Shown here: positions 40,946 through 51,583 of the stretch, piece after piece
Position numbering within the stretch: the first letter of the stretch is position 1
Layout: the number at the start of each line of letters is the position of its first letter
Source of the DNA: an uncultured Methanobrevibacter sp.
GTDB lineage: Archaea > Methanobacteriota > Methanobacteria > Methanobacteriales > Methanobacteriaceae
Length of the DNA stretch: 64,000 bases
Assembly (NCBI GenBank): GCA_900320955.1
Contig: ONUN01000002.1
Location: 502 to 64,501, forward strand
Direction: 5' to 3'
The notes under the pieces: model-generated
Database searches by the model: none
Seen by the model: the letters and a program-made list of their open reading frames with translations, nothing else
Told to the model about the DNA's origin: nothing
Translations under genes and position numbers: made by a program

Positions 40946-41819
40946 TTGAAAGTCTCTCATCATTTGCAAATTTTTCAAAACCGAGACAGTACTTCAAAAG
41001 CTCTGAGCGTGGAATCAGCACATTGTCGCTTTCCGGATTAATGATTATTCCATCCATATCCTCACTCAATACAAAATTAACCAAAGTTGCAACATTAACA
41101 ATCTGAGAGTATTTGAAATAGTCTGTTGTGACACAGTCCATTTTTTCATGGGAGCTGAACATTGTCGCATACTCTCCACCAATCATATCCACGTACATCT
41201 GAGCCAGTGGCCCTGTTGACTGCATAGATATTATTCCATCTGTTGCATAAGCCGACAAATCATTTGGAGACAACATCAGCGCCAGCATTGTGGATGATGC
41301 CAATTTTTCAAACAAACCCTCATAATATCCGATGTTTTTGGAGTCAGTGATGAAATCCTCCAATTCATGATTGTCAATATTTTCATTAAGGTTTTTAAGC
41401 TCATCTTCACTATATGGATTATCTGAAAAGAAATTGGTTTTTGGAAGGTTTGTAATGCCCAGTATGAACTTGTCTGTAAAGAGATACTTTTCGGAAGCCG
41501 GATTCAGTATATATCCTTCAATATCAGTTGTCTTGATGATGTTTTGATACAGTTCAAAGGAATTTTGAAGAACCTGTATATCCTCGCTGTCGGTGTAGAA
41601 CTTTTTGAACTCATCCATATCCGTAAAAAGAGGAGTGATTTTAGCCTCTTCATCATCATAGATAATAAAATTCAAAGTATCATTTTCCCTCTTGGCCGGA
41701 ATGAAGAGATTGGAATATTTAAACTCATTAATTAATTTCAAAAGAAGGGATTGGGTTAGCTTATCATCATTTGCATGAATATCTTCAATAACCAATCGCA
41801 GGTGTTTGTGGTTTGCCAT
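40920..41819 (-). CDS. SseB-family protein (two domains)
   Basis: PLFTD.DEF…GYILNP and MFSS…GIIINP motifs. Confidence 0.8.
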   Translation of the reverse strand: MANHKHLRLVIEDIHANDDKLTQSLLLKLINEFKYSNLFIPAKRENDTLNFIIYDDEEAKITPLFTDMDEFKKFYTDSEDIQVLQNSFELYQNIIKTTDIEGYILNPASEKYLFTDKFILGITNLPKTNFFSDNPYSEDELKNLNENIDNHELEDFITDSKNIGYYEGLFEKLASSTMLALMLSPNDLSAYATDGIISMQSTGPLAQMYVDMIGGEYATMFSSHEKMDCVTTDYFKYSQIVNVATLVNFVLSEDMDGIIINPESDNVLIPRSELLKYCLGFEKFANDERLSNAIYYMFI

Positions 41820-41823
41820 TTTA

Positions 41824-42606
41824 TCAGTCTACAAAAGAGTTTGATCCATCAAAAAGCTTTTCTATTGTGGAATCCTCATTTTCAAAAACAACATAAATTT
41901 TATCGCCTTTGCTGATTACAGATTTATATTCATAGCCATCAACTTCATCTATTGCATCATATAAATTCTGTATTGTCAAATCCTTGTCCTCATCAAGCTT
42001 TTCAAGAATGTCATAAGTTTCATAATCCATACTGCCCAATCTTGGATTGCTGATGCCCTTTCCTTTAGATGAATTGATTACCATTCTTTTTTCTTCCCTG
42101 ATTTGGAATCTTATTTCATTTTTATAGTCATTTGAACCATTTTTCTTATCTACAAAATCAATGGCTTTATAGTAGCTTTTTATGGCGCCAAATCCGTCCC
42201 CCAATTGCCATTGTGATCTTGCTTTCCATTGATATGCTCCTGAAATATTTGAAAATCTGTAAAATGAGTCCTTATATTCATCAATATAATCTTTAAAGCA
42301 GTGAAGAGAATCATAAAATCTATTTAAATTATATAATGATTTTCCCCTAATGTATTTCATCGAAGCGTCCGAACCTAAATCCAAATCGATTGCCATATTC
42401 GCATATTTCAACGAACTTTCGAAATCCTCTGCATCATAAGCATCTTTAGATTTTGTTTCATATTCCCTGTATTTTTCAACTAGTTTTTCTTCTTCACCAT
42501 ATACTTGTTTAATCTTATCTTCGGGAGAAACAATGAATTTAGTTCCGCAGGAGCAAGTTTCAACTCCATCCTCGACAAATTTTCCGCATGTTGGACAGAA
42601 TGGCAT
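41824..42606 (-). CDS. Zinc-ribbon + TPR protein
   Basis: MPFCPTCG…CSCGTKF, TPR helices, AGGTGA SD. Confidence 0.8.
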   Translation of the reverse strand: MPFCPTCGKFVEDGVETCSCGTKFIVSPEDKIKQVYGEEEKLVEKYREYETKSKDAYDAEDFESSLKYANMAIDLDLGSDASMKYIRGKSLYNLNRFYDSLHCFKDYIDEYKDSFYRFSNISGAYQWKARSQWQLGDGFGAIKSYYKAIDFVDKKNGSNDYKNEIRFQIREEKRMVINSSKGKGISNPRLGSMDYETYDILEKLDEDKDLTIQNLYDAIDEVDGYEYKSVISKGDKIYVVFENEDSTIEKLFDGSNSFVD

Positions 42607-42679
42607 TAAATCACCTACTTGAATAATTTGTAAAAGGTTATTTAAAAATATTCCTATTATGTAACATTTACTAAACAAG

Positions 42680-44647
42680 CTAGTATCTAATTAGGACTCT
42701 TTTGAAAAATTCCTTTTCAAGAGTTTCAATATTCGAATTATAATCAAAATAACCCATTTCGCACAATTGCTTCAACTTATCCTTGAATAGTTCAAGCTCC
42801 TGAGTGTCACAGAATGTTCCGGATTTGAAAAATCCCGTTAGGATTTTCACTTCCTCCTCATACAACAATGCTTTTTCATAGATTTCCGCCAGCTTCAAAT
42901 AGATTCTATAATCATTCTTATCCAGCAAATTCTTAAAGTGTGAAATGGCCTTCTCGAAGTCGTTTTGCTTGATGAATTCCTCACCCTGCCTAATGAGCAA
43001 ATCAGTGCCCGAATCGGTTGTCCTTTCATATTCAGCAACATCGTGGATTTTATCAATGGCTTGCCTAAAAGTATCCGGCAGGAACTGATTTGAAATCATG
43101 TCAGAGTAGACATAACCCATAAATCGATTATCCATCATGTATGTCCTGCAGAAATCACCTTCAAACCGCATACCCCTTCCATGAGTCTGCACCAAAGCCA
43201 GGCATGTCTTATAGTCCATCCACTTGGCATTGTCCATTGCTCTCATTTGAGTCTGCTTGTCTCCCAAATCAGGATAAGGTATTTTATAGATTATCTGAAA
43301 GCGACATTCATCGCCTGGCAGGTCAACACCCTCATTCATGGATGGTGAAACCAGAACCAATGGTTCTGTGGATTTTTTAAACTCCTCTAAAACTTCAGAC
43401 CTGTTTGTAGTATCATGGGCAATCAAACGGGAATCACATATATTATCAACCAGAAAGTCCCTGCATTCATTGCTGATTGTGTGGATGATTCCCTTTTCAT
43501 TTTTGTGATTTGATAAAATTGATTTTATGGTGGGAATTGTCTTTGGAGCGGACTTTTTGAGGATATCATGAGTCATGTTAAACTTATTAAATGTTTTTAT
43601 CGGATTATCTGATACGTCAAATGGACTTTTGCATCTGATTGGATATATCCCATCAACAGATATTCCAAGCCATTCTGCAAACAATTCATAATCAAGAATA
43701 GTTGCGCTCATAAAGAGGCAGATGTCGGCATATCTAAAAAGAGTATTTTCAGCATAGCTGTCAATTTTCAATGGCTTGAACTGAGCCACACCCACTGTTC
43801 TGTCATAGTCAAAAATCCATTTGTCCGGGCTCAATACAATCTGTGAGATGAAGCGCCTGCAGCCGTTAATCTGGTTTTTCATGAACAGTATTTTTCGTGA
43901 AATGTCTGGGTTTTTTTCTAGATTGATGATTTTTTCAAGTTCAATTTCATATTTCTGCTTTATTTTTTCAATAAAGTCAATCCAAGTTGTGAAATCGCCG
44001 TTTTCAAGAGTGTTGATTCTTGATTTCGACAGGTTGAAACTGATATATTCCTTCAAATCCCGCCTTGAGAATTCAAGCTTCAGCTGATTCATTATCATGC
44101 TTTCAATGTTGTGGGCTTCATCACATACCATCAAAGACCTTTTTGTGAAGTCTTCAACATAATTAAGCTCCAAAAACATGTATGGATAATTTGCAATCAC
44201 AACATCAGAGTTAAGTGCCAAATGCTTTTGCCAGTAATAATTGCAGGTATTTTCCTTGGTGGCGTTTTCCTTTAGTTTATATTTGCAATTGTGACCTTCC
44301 AGAACACATTTTCCCTCATCACATCCTGAATTGGACAGCCTGCACCTGAAATTGGATCTTCCTTTGACAACACTGAAATCCTTAAAATCATGGACATACT
44401 GGTCCTGAAGTTGCTTTGTAATAGTCAATATATATGCCGATTCAAACATTCCTGAAAGCGTTGCGGCTATTGCTGATTTACCCGTACCTGTGCCGGCTTC
44501 CAAAACAATATATTTATATCCTTTATCGATTGCTTCAAGAATTTCTGAAATTGCCTCAAGCTGGTGTTTTCTTGGCTTTTCGAATGGAAAATAGTTCAAT
44601 ACCTGAGGATTAACATTCGCATGTTTGGTGTATGGCCACTTTGTCAT
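42680..44647 (-). CDS. DinG/Rad3-like SF2 helicase with C-terminal TPR
   Basis: Q motif (PRKHQ), AGTGTGKS, Cys-rich FeS-like region, DEAH, SAT, EGVD.PG, Q..GR..R. Confidence 0.9.
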   Translation of the reverse strand: MTKWPYTKHANVNPQVLNYFPFEKPRKHQLEAISEILEAIDKGYKYIVLEAGTGTGKSAIAATLSGMFESAYILTITKQLQDQYVHDFKDFSVVKGRSNFRCRLSNSGCDEGKCVLEGHNCKYKLKENATKENTCNYYWQKHLALNSDVVIANYPYMFLELNYVEDFTKRSLMVCDEAHNIESMIMNQLKLEFSRRDLKEYISFNLSKSRINTLENGDFTTWIDFIEKIKQKYEIELEKIINLEKNPDISRKILFMKNQINGCRRFISQIVLSPDKWIFDYDRTVGVAQFKPLKIDSYAENTLFRYADICLFMSATILDYELFAEWLGISVDGIYPIRCKSPFDVSDNPIKTFNKFNMTHDILKKSAPKTIPTIKSILSNHKNEKGIIHTISNECRDFLVDNICDSRLIAHDTTNRSEVLEEFKKSTEPLVLVSPSMNEGVDLPGDECRFQIIYKIPYPDLGDKQTQMRAMDNAKWMDYKTCLALVQTHGRGMRFEGDFCRTYMMDNRFMGYVYSDMISNQFLPDTFRQAIDKIHDVAEYERTTDSGTDLLIRQGEEFIKQNDFEKAISHFKNLLDKNDYRIYLKLAEIYEKALLYEEEVKILTGFFKSGTFCDTQELELFKDKLKQLCEMGYFDYNSNIETLEKEFFKRVLIRY

Positions 44648-44680
44648 GATAATTAGATATATCGGTTAAAATATTTAATC

Positions 44681-45748
44681 CTAATCGTAATTTTTAATTG
44701 AGTCAATCAAATTTTCCATATCTCCCAATAAGCCGTCAACATCATCGTTGCTGGTAGGGTCCAGTGACAGTACCAACTCATCAATCAAACCGTCCATCTT
44801 GTCTGATATTGAATTTAGCGTATTGAATTTTGATTTGATTTCGGATTCGATTTTAGGAGAATCCTCGTTTGCCAGCCTTATTATATTTGAAATGTTATCC
44901 GCTTCCTGGTTGAATAGCCTTGTTGAGCTATCAACTACAGATATGAATTTGGTATATGTCATTTGAGGAGGCTGGAATTTCTTTTCTATCAGTTCTCTGG
45001 CACGACTATCCTTTTTATAATATTCATTTTTAAGATCATCCAGCTGCTTTTCGTATGCATCAAACTCACGAACACTGACTTGAGGAGCTGTCTTTACGGC
45101 CTTTTTTGCAGACTCAACCTTTTGGGTCTCAGCATATGACATTCTTTTTGCGTTTGCCTTATCCTCAAATGTGATTTTGTGTATTACATAACCAACGATT
45201 AATGCTGGAATTGCAAAAACCAATCCCACTACAACATATACAACCAATGCAGGTGAATTCAACGTGAGTGGAATCAATGAGCATAATACAAATATGAGTA
45301 TAGTGAATATCTTAGTCTTTGATATGACATATTCTCCGGTTTTCTTGCCCTGCCAGTAAAATAAAAGATTTTTCAAATCAGTTAAAAAACCCAAATCATT
45401 GTTTTCAAGCTTGGCTTTTGATGGTTTAAACTTGAAATAATGGCCAAGATAAGCTATCAAAAATACCAATAGAGTAAATATTGCAGTCAATATGAGCATT
45501 CCAGGCACAACAGGTGAAACAACAGCTGACAAAATCATTACAACAAATGTGAATATGGCTGCCAATTTTGATTTGGCCAAAATGTATTTTCCATCAACTT
45601 CCCAATAGAACAATGAATGAACCAGACTTGGCTTTGAATTCCTTGTAACTTCAGCCTTATGTCTGAATGAAGTTGATTTGCAGTTTGGACAAAAGTTTGC
45701 GGCATCATTTACAACCTCACCACAGTTGACACATATTTTTTCACCCAT
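44681..45748 (-). CDS. Zinc-ribbon + duplicated 2-TM module + C-terminal helical/coiled-coil protein
   Basis: CVNC…CPNC; two copies of LFYW…G.Y…K.K each followed by a TM hairpin; helical C-terminus. Confidence 0.8.
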   Translation of the reverse strand: MGEKICVNCGEVVNDAANFCPNCKSTSFRHKAEVTRNSKPSLVHSLFYWEVDGKYILAKSKLAAIFTFVVMILSAVVSPVVPGMLILTAIFTLLVFLIAYLGHYFKFKPSKAKLENNDLGFLTDLKNLLFYWQGKKTGEYVISKTKIFTILIFVLCSLIPLTLNSPALVVYVVVGLVFAIPALIVGYVIHKITFEDKANAKRMSYAETQKVESAKKAVKTAPQVSVREFDAYEKQLDDLKNEYYKKDSRARELIEKKFQPPQMTYTKFISVVDSSTRLFNQEADNISNIIRLANEDSPKIESEIKSKFNTLNSISDKMDGLIDELVLSLDPTSNDDVDGLLGDMENLIDSIKNYD

Positions 45749-47191
45749 TTACTCATCCCCAATTAAAAAATCTTCATATGTCAATGTATTTAATTCTTCA
45801 TCAGTTATATTATCCTTTCCGGCAAGACGATTCGCTTGAGAGGTTATAACCTCTTCAAAGAGATTTCTAACAGCTCTGGCATTTGCAAAGTTTTTGGAAC
45901 GGTTTTCATACATCTTTTTAAAGTACTGTCTGATGTATTCGTCTGCGCCTTCATCCAACACAAGATTGGAATCTTCACACATGAGCATGAATATTTTATA
46001 TAGCTCATCATCATTATAATCTTCAAATAATATGAATTTGTTGAATCTTGACTCCAAACCAGGATTTGAGTTAAGGAACCTTTCCATAAGTTCAGGATAA
46101 CCTGCAACAATGACAATGAAATCATCACGATTATCTTCCATTGCCTTTAAAAGAGTATCAATTGCTTCCCTACCATAGTCATTTTCACTGGTTGATGCAA
46201 GGCTATATGCCTCATCGATAAATAAAATTCCACCCATTGCCGATTTGATTACATCCTGAGTTTTAATTGCAGTTTGGCCAACATATCCACCAACAAGTCC
46301 TGACCTGTCGGTTTCAACCAGATGACCTTTTGAAAGAATTCCGATTTCATGATATATTTTTGACAATAATCTTGCAACTGTTGTTTTTCCGGTTCCGGGA
46401 TTTCCTGAAAATACCAGATGCAAACTCATTGGAGGTTGTGAAATTCCACGAGCCTTACGCAATTCTCTAATTTGAACCAAGTTGAGTAAAGAATTAACAT
46501 CTTTTTTAACTTTTTCAAGACCAATGAGTTTGTTCAATTCCTGTAAATATTCATCTAAAGTGTGAGTTTCTTCAGAGGTATTGGAAGCACTGGTGTTTTG
46601 TTTGAGTTTAATTGGTTTTAAATTAACATCATCATCTGTTAATTTTGATTCTAGTTTGTTAATGTAGGTGGAATACTTATTTAATACGACTTCATCAAGT
46701 TCATTGTCCGCTGTTATGAAAAATTTACCGAATAGCTTATAACAGCCAAACAATTCATTTGTTGAGCTTAATTCATGCATATCTAAGTCTTTACCATATA
46801 AGTCTAGCTGATGCAAGTATTTGAATGATAATGGATAATCATCAATTTTCTCGTCCGCCAGTTTCAATATGTCTTCTTTTGTATATGTAGTGTCTAAAAG
46901 TACATTTATGAATTCAACTTCATTTTCGGTAATCTTACCATCGCACAGGCCAAGATATGAGAAATATCTAAATAAATCATCGATTATGACAGTTTCGATT
47001 GAAATATCCTTTAGGTTTTCAATATAAGGCTTGAATACACTGGCTGTCTTAACTATAAACTTCAGATTATTGAAGTATCTAACCAAATAATCCATGTGAA
47101 TTGTTTCCACATCAGTATGGCAATTTTGACAAGTCTTTTGACTTTTATCTAAAATTGTACCGCAATCACTACAAATACTCCATTCCAACAT
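45749..47191 (-). CDS. Zinc-ribbon + TerB-like + SpoVK/CbbX (EccA-type) AAA+ ATPase
   Basis: CSDC…CQNC; CDGKITENE TerB-like motif; LIGL..VK, GNPGTGKT, LVGGYVGQT, LFIDEAY, NPGL.SRF, ANAR.VRN. Confidence 0.88.
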   Translation of the reverse strand: MLEWSICSDCGTILDKSQKTCQNCHTDVETIHMDYLVRYFNNLKFIVKTASVFKPYIENLKDISIETVIIDDLFRYFSYLGLCDGKITENEVEFINVLLDTTYTKEDILKLADEKIDDYPLSFKYLHQLDLYGKDLDMHELSSTNELFGCYKLFGKFFITADNELDEVVLNKYSTYINKLESKLTDDDVNLKPIKLKQNTSASNTSEETHTLDEYLQELNKLIGLEKVKKDVNSLLNLVQIRELRKARGISQPPMSLHLVFSGNPGTGKTTVARLLSKIYHEIGILSKGHLVETDRSGLVGGYVGQTAIKTQDVIKSAMGGILFIDEAYSLASTSENDYGREAIDTLLKAMEDNRDDFIVIVAGYPELMERFLNSNPGLESRFNKFILFEDYNDDELYKIFMLMCEDSNLVLDEGADEYIRQYFKKMYENRSKNFANARAVRNLFEEVITSQANRLAGKDNITDEELNTLTYEDFLIGDE

Positions 47192-47385
47192 ATTATCAAG
47201 TTCAATTATCTGATTTTCTTTTATAAAAGAGCAATCCGAATATTATACTTTTCAAATGCTTTTTTACTATGTTAATATATGGTGTTTTATTTTATAATAG
47301 TTATTGTTAAATATGAAAAAAATATTTTTTAAATAAGAATATATAAATTATTTCAAAAAAAGAGAAAAAAATAAGGAGATTATCC

Positions 47386-50300
47386 TTATCTCATAACTTT
47401 TGCTGTTTTTTTAACAGTATCCTTTAAATAAGATGCCTGATAAGTTATTTTTTTACCTACCTTAAGTTTTTTCAGGATTGTCTTTTTAATTGTAACCTTT
47501 GCAACACCATATTTGTTGGTTTTCGCTTTCAAGGTTTTACCATTGAATTTGAAGTAGACAATCTTGCCTTTGAGAAGGGATTTTCCATGTTTTAATGTTG
47601 CCTGCAACACAAGCTTTTTAGCTGATTTTTTAACCTTAACGGTTTTCAAAATCACTGCATGCTTTATTTTTAGGGTTGCAGTTTTAATAGCATTCTTGTA
47701 TTTTACTGATACAGAATATGAACCTGGAACAATTTTTGTAGGGATTTTGAATTTGACGACACCTAGGGCATTTGTTTTCACATTAAATGAAAATTTGCCG
47801 ATTTGGATTTTTACAATTTGGTCTTTAGGAACTAACTTGCCGTAAACATCATAAATTTTTAAATTGATGTATTGGCTGGCACCATAATACATATTAACGT
47901 TTTTAAGCCCAACAATCTTGTTATCAAAATGAACAATAGTCATACGACTAAATCCAAATACGCCATTTTCTGTGTATACTTTTGCTCCAAGAGTAAGTGA
48001 ATCTTCCTTGTTGACTTGATAATTCAACTTGTAAAATGCCTTAATTTTTTCATTTAAATCCTTAATTAATATGACATTTGTTTCATTCAGATTTATTTCT
48101 GCAATAGGTATTTCGGAAACATAAATTACAAGTATTGCATTTGTACCATTATCTATAGATACGCTAATTTTTCCATTATCGCCAAAATTAATTGAAGACG
48201 GATTTGATATAACAGCGGGGCATATAGTGATGTTTCGTGTGATATTTTCAACATTGAAACTGCCCTGATAATATGCCCTGAATTCATAACGTCCAATCTT
48301 ATCAGATGGCAGACTAACAATTACAGCACCATTCTTTAGAGAAACAGACTTGTAAAATTTGAAATCAATTTCACCAGGATATCTGATTTCAACAGTTACA
48401 TTGCCGACATCATCCTTAGCAAGTTTTAATCTAAGATCAACATTTGAATTATAATCATACACCCCAATCATGTCTTCAAAAAATGCAACGACATCAATTG
48501 TCGTATTTATGCTTCTTGATGGATATTTAACATCACCAGGATATGTTACTGTAATGTTATGCCTGTTCGGTTTTAAATCATTAGTTGGGATTTTATATGC
48601 AACATATTTACCACCATCAGTGTAGTAACTACCAGTAATTTCTGTATATGGTGATTTTTTACCATCAATTAGAACAACTGGAGCTGCCTTAATGTCCTTG
48701 GGTAGTATGAATACAATCATATTATAATTAACTTTCTGATAGTTATATATTCCATAACCATTATTAATTTCAAAAGGATATGTTAGGTTAATAGTCTTTT
48801 TTTGTGTAAATTTAAGATCTTTGCCACTGAATCTTACCTCAACATCATAGTTTTTGTATTTTTGCAAGGTATTTAATGAAATCCGATAACTTTCATAAAA
48901 ATCACCGGATACTTCGGTAATCTGTTTTGTTGCATATTTTTTATTATCCACATAAACTGTCAATGTTCCCAGTTCATCCCCAGAAAGGATTACATCAACA
49001 ACACCAGTATCACTGATTTTACAGAGGTGATCTAAGATTTCGTAGGTTATTGTCTTGTTTACAGGATGAAAATGATTATCCCCTGAATAAATTACTGTTA
49101 TTGTATGTTTTCCAGGCTCTGAGTATTTAGGTTCCTCATACTTTATGTTTGTTCCAGCATATTCCTTTATTTCATTGTCATGAATGACTGTTACTTTACC
49201 GGTCAAATTATAATTGGATAGCACTTCAATATAATAAAAGTACTCCTCGGTATCAGACATATACGACCATAGATAAAACACTTCAGGATAACTGATATCA
49301 ATTTCCATTGATGGTTTTTCATCTGAAACAGAAATGTTATATTCCCATAGATTTTCTCCATAAACAACTTTCAATTTGTGTTTTCCAAGACTTAAATCTT
49401 TAATTGGAACAGTTACAGTACCATTGATAACTTTAAATGTTCCATTTATCATGCCTGACAATGTTAAATTACCACCAACATCTTTGGACTGATTAAATAT
49501 CAGCTCATAAGTTCCATTTATCCACAATTTTGTTGGTACTCTAATTGGGCTTGAATAGATGTGATATAGAATAGCCTGTTTTGTGCCCTTATATGTGCAT
49601 GTAAACTCAACAACATTGTCTCCTGCCACAAAACCGGATATTAATACATGAGCCCATCCATTGTCGTTTGCCTTGAATTTATAGGTTTGATTATTTAACT
49701 TGGCAATACCTTCGCAATTTTCAGGAAGCCAAATTTCAAATCCTACAGCATCACCATATTCAATTTTATCTGAACCCAATGCATACACATCAAATTGAAA
49801 TTTAGACCTTGTAAAACTTCCATTTTTAGAGACTGTTGTGTTTTTATTTGTATAAATCAATTCATATGTGTGGGTTGTCAAGGCATATTTGTCCACATTG
49901 ATTTTTGGACATCCCTTGGCGCAGGATGCATTGTACACATTTTTTCCATCAATCAATATCTGAATGTTTCCAGTTAATTTTTTGCTGAAATCCACCTCAA
50001 AATTTTCACCATCGTAGATATAGTCAGAAGAATATACATAGAACATAGGATTAACAGTTTTATTCTTTATAAAACCCACATACTTGCTATCACCAGTGTA
50101 TTTTAGTGAAACAAAATGTGAAATTCCATAATCAAGATTCAAATCATTTAAAATTAATAAATTTCCGCCTACACTAACCTTCTCATTGTATTTTTCATCC
50201 CCATCGATTGAAATGCTGATATTTTCCCTGGCATCAAAGGGCATGTTGTTCACTTCAATCTTATTAATCATTTTGTCTGAAATTTCATCAGGAATGTTAA

Positions 50301-50460
50301 CTTCATAATCATTATTTTCAATAAGTGCTGTTTTCATATCGTCTTGAGTATTTATTGAGGAATTGGAATCATCCAATACATTTTCTGTCGTATTTTCTGC
50401 TGCATTGACAGAACTTATCAAAAATAAAAGCAAAATAGAAAAAATTATTATTTTCCTCAT
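47386..50460 (-). CDS. Adhesin-like surface protein
   Basis: Signal peptide (…SSVNA), Ig-like repeats, Lys-rich C-terminal KTN..GVA repeats typical of Methanobacteriales adhesins. Confidence 0.87.
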   Translation of the reverse strand: MRKIIIFSILLLFLISSVNAAENTTENVLDDSNSSINTQDDMKTALIENNDYEVNIPDEISDKMINKIEVNNMPFDARENISISIDGDEKYNEKVSVGGNLLILNDLNLDYGISHFVSLKYTGDSKYVGFIKNKTVNPMFYVYSSDYIYDGENFEVDFSKKLTGNIQILIDGKNVYNASCAKGCPKINVDKYALTTHTYELIYTNKNTTVSKNGSFTRSKFQFDVYALGSDKIEYGDAVGFEIWLPENCEGIAKLNNQTYKFKANDNGWAHVLISGFVAGDNVVEFTCTYKGTKQAILYHIYSSPIRVPTKLWINGTYELIFNQSKDVGGNLTLSGMINGTFKVINGTVTVPIKDLSLGKHKLKVVYGENLWEYNISVSDEKPSMEIDISYPEVFYLWSYMSDTEEYFYYIEVLSNYNLTGKVTVIHDNEIKEYAGTNIKYEEPKYSEPGKHTITVIYSGDNHFHPVNKTITYEILDHLCKISDTGVVDVILSGDELGTLTVYVDNKKYATKQITEVSGDFYESYRISLNTLQKYKNYDVEVRFSGKDLKFTQKKTINLTYPFEINNGYGIYNYQKVNYNMIVFILPKDIKAAPVVLIDGKKSPYTEITGSYYTDGGKYVAYKIPTNDLKPNRHNITVTYPGDVKYPSRSINTTIDVVAFFEDMIGVYDYNSNVDLRLKLAKDDVGNVTVEIRYPGEIDFKFYKSVSLKNGAVIVSLPSDKIGRYEFRAYYQGSFNVENITRNITICPAVISNPSSINFGDNGKISVSIDNGTNAILVIYVSEIPIAEINLNETNVILIKDLNEKIKAFYKLNYQVNKEDSLTLGAKVYTENGVFGFSRMTIVHFDNKIVGLKNVNMYYGASQYINLKIYDVYGKLVPKDQIVKIQIGKFSFNVKTNALGVVKFKIPTKIVPGSYSVSVKYKNAIKTATLKIKHAVILKTVKVKKSAKKLVLQATLKHGKSLLKGKIVYFKFNGKTLKAKTNKYGVAKVTIKKTILKKLKVGKKITYQASYLKDTVKKTAKVMR

Positions 50461-50676
50461 TACAAACTTCTCCTAATATTTATTATGTACATGTTTATAC
50501 ATACATAATAATAAAATATTTGCATGATTCTGCCGCAAATGTCTGCATATGTCAGCCGGATTTAAATCGAATTATCAATCACTCCACCACATTAATCTAA
50601 TTTGAATTAATCATCCCCATCAAGTTATATATAAGAAAATGAACAAAATCTATACCAATTATTACAAGGTGAAAAA

Positions 50677-51555
50677 ATGTCAAAAATGTCAAAAATCGTG
50701 GAATACGCACTGGAGAAAAAACATCCGGAATATCTCATGAGCGCAGACGCTGCCCGTGAACATATGCAGAAGCGTTCCTTGGAGGAGGACAATGAATTTA
50801 AATTACCAAAAAGAATATACAAATCCAAAGTCGAAAGCAGAGAAATGTTCGGCTGCCAGACACTCATATTCAATGGCAGTGAAGACATAAGCCAGATTGT
50901 CATCTATCTTCATGGAGGAGCATACGTTAACGAAATAATGATTCCACACATATCATTTTGTGACAGACTTGCAAAAAAGATCAGCGGTACAGTATTTGCT
51001 CCTTTGTATCCTCTTGCTCCAAACCACACCTATGATGAAACCTATGAGATTCTCGAAAAACTCTACAGGCATCTTTTAGAACAGGAAAAACCAATAACCA
51101 TTATGGGAGATTCTTCAGGCGGAGGACTTTCTGCAGCATTTGCAGAGTATCTGGCTGCCAACGATTTGCCTCAACCGGACAACCTTATTCTGATATCCCC
51201 TTGGGTTGACGTGTCAATGTCAGGAAAATACGATGACGTTGAAAAAGATCCTATGAGTGGAGTGGAAGGTCTTCGAGAAATGGGAAAGGCCTGGGCAGGT
51301 GATTTGGATTTGAAGGACTATAAAGTAAGTCCACTATTTGGAGATGTGAGCAAGTTTCCAAAAACAACCATATTTGTTGGAACACACGAACAGATTCAAC
51401 ACGACGTCACCGACTTCTACAACAAGCTAAAGGACAACGGTATAGATGCTGAGCTTAACTTGGGTGAGGGAATGAACCATGTCTATCCGGTTTATCCTCT
51501 GGTTCCAGAATCAAAAGAGGCATTCAACCATATCGTTGAAAGAATACTAAAATAG
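50677..51555 (+). CDS. HSL-family alpha/beta hydrolase (esterase/lipase)
   Basis: HGGAY, GDSSGG, ISPWVD and MNHVY. Confidence 0.92.
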   Translation: MSKMSKIVEYALEKKHPEYLMSADAAREHMQKRSLEEDNEFKLPKRIYKSKVESREMFGCQTLIFNGSEDISQIVIYLHGGAYVNEIMIPHISFCDRLAKKISGTVFAPLYPLAPNHTYDETYEILEKLYRHLLEQEKPITIMGDSSGGGLSAAFAEYLAANDLPQPDNLILISPWVDVSMSGKYDDVEKDPMSGVEGLREMGKAWAGDLDLKDYKVSPLFGDVSKFPKTTIFVGTHEQIQHDVTDFYNKLKDNGIDAELNLGEGMNHVYPVYPLVPESKEAFNHIVERILK

Positions 51556-51583
51556 ATATATTGAAATATACATTAATTTAATT

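Noticed and set aside
45749-47191. Type VII secretion (EccA) or Rubisco activase CbbX locus
   Set aside because: No FtsK-like EccC, WXG100 or Rubisco genes are nearby; only the AAA+ subfamily is shared.
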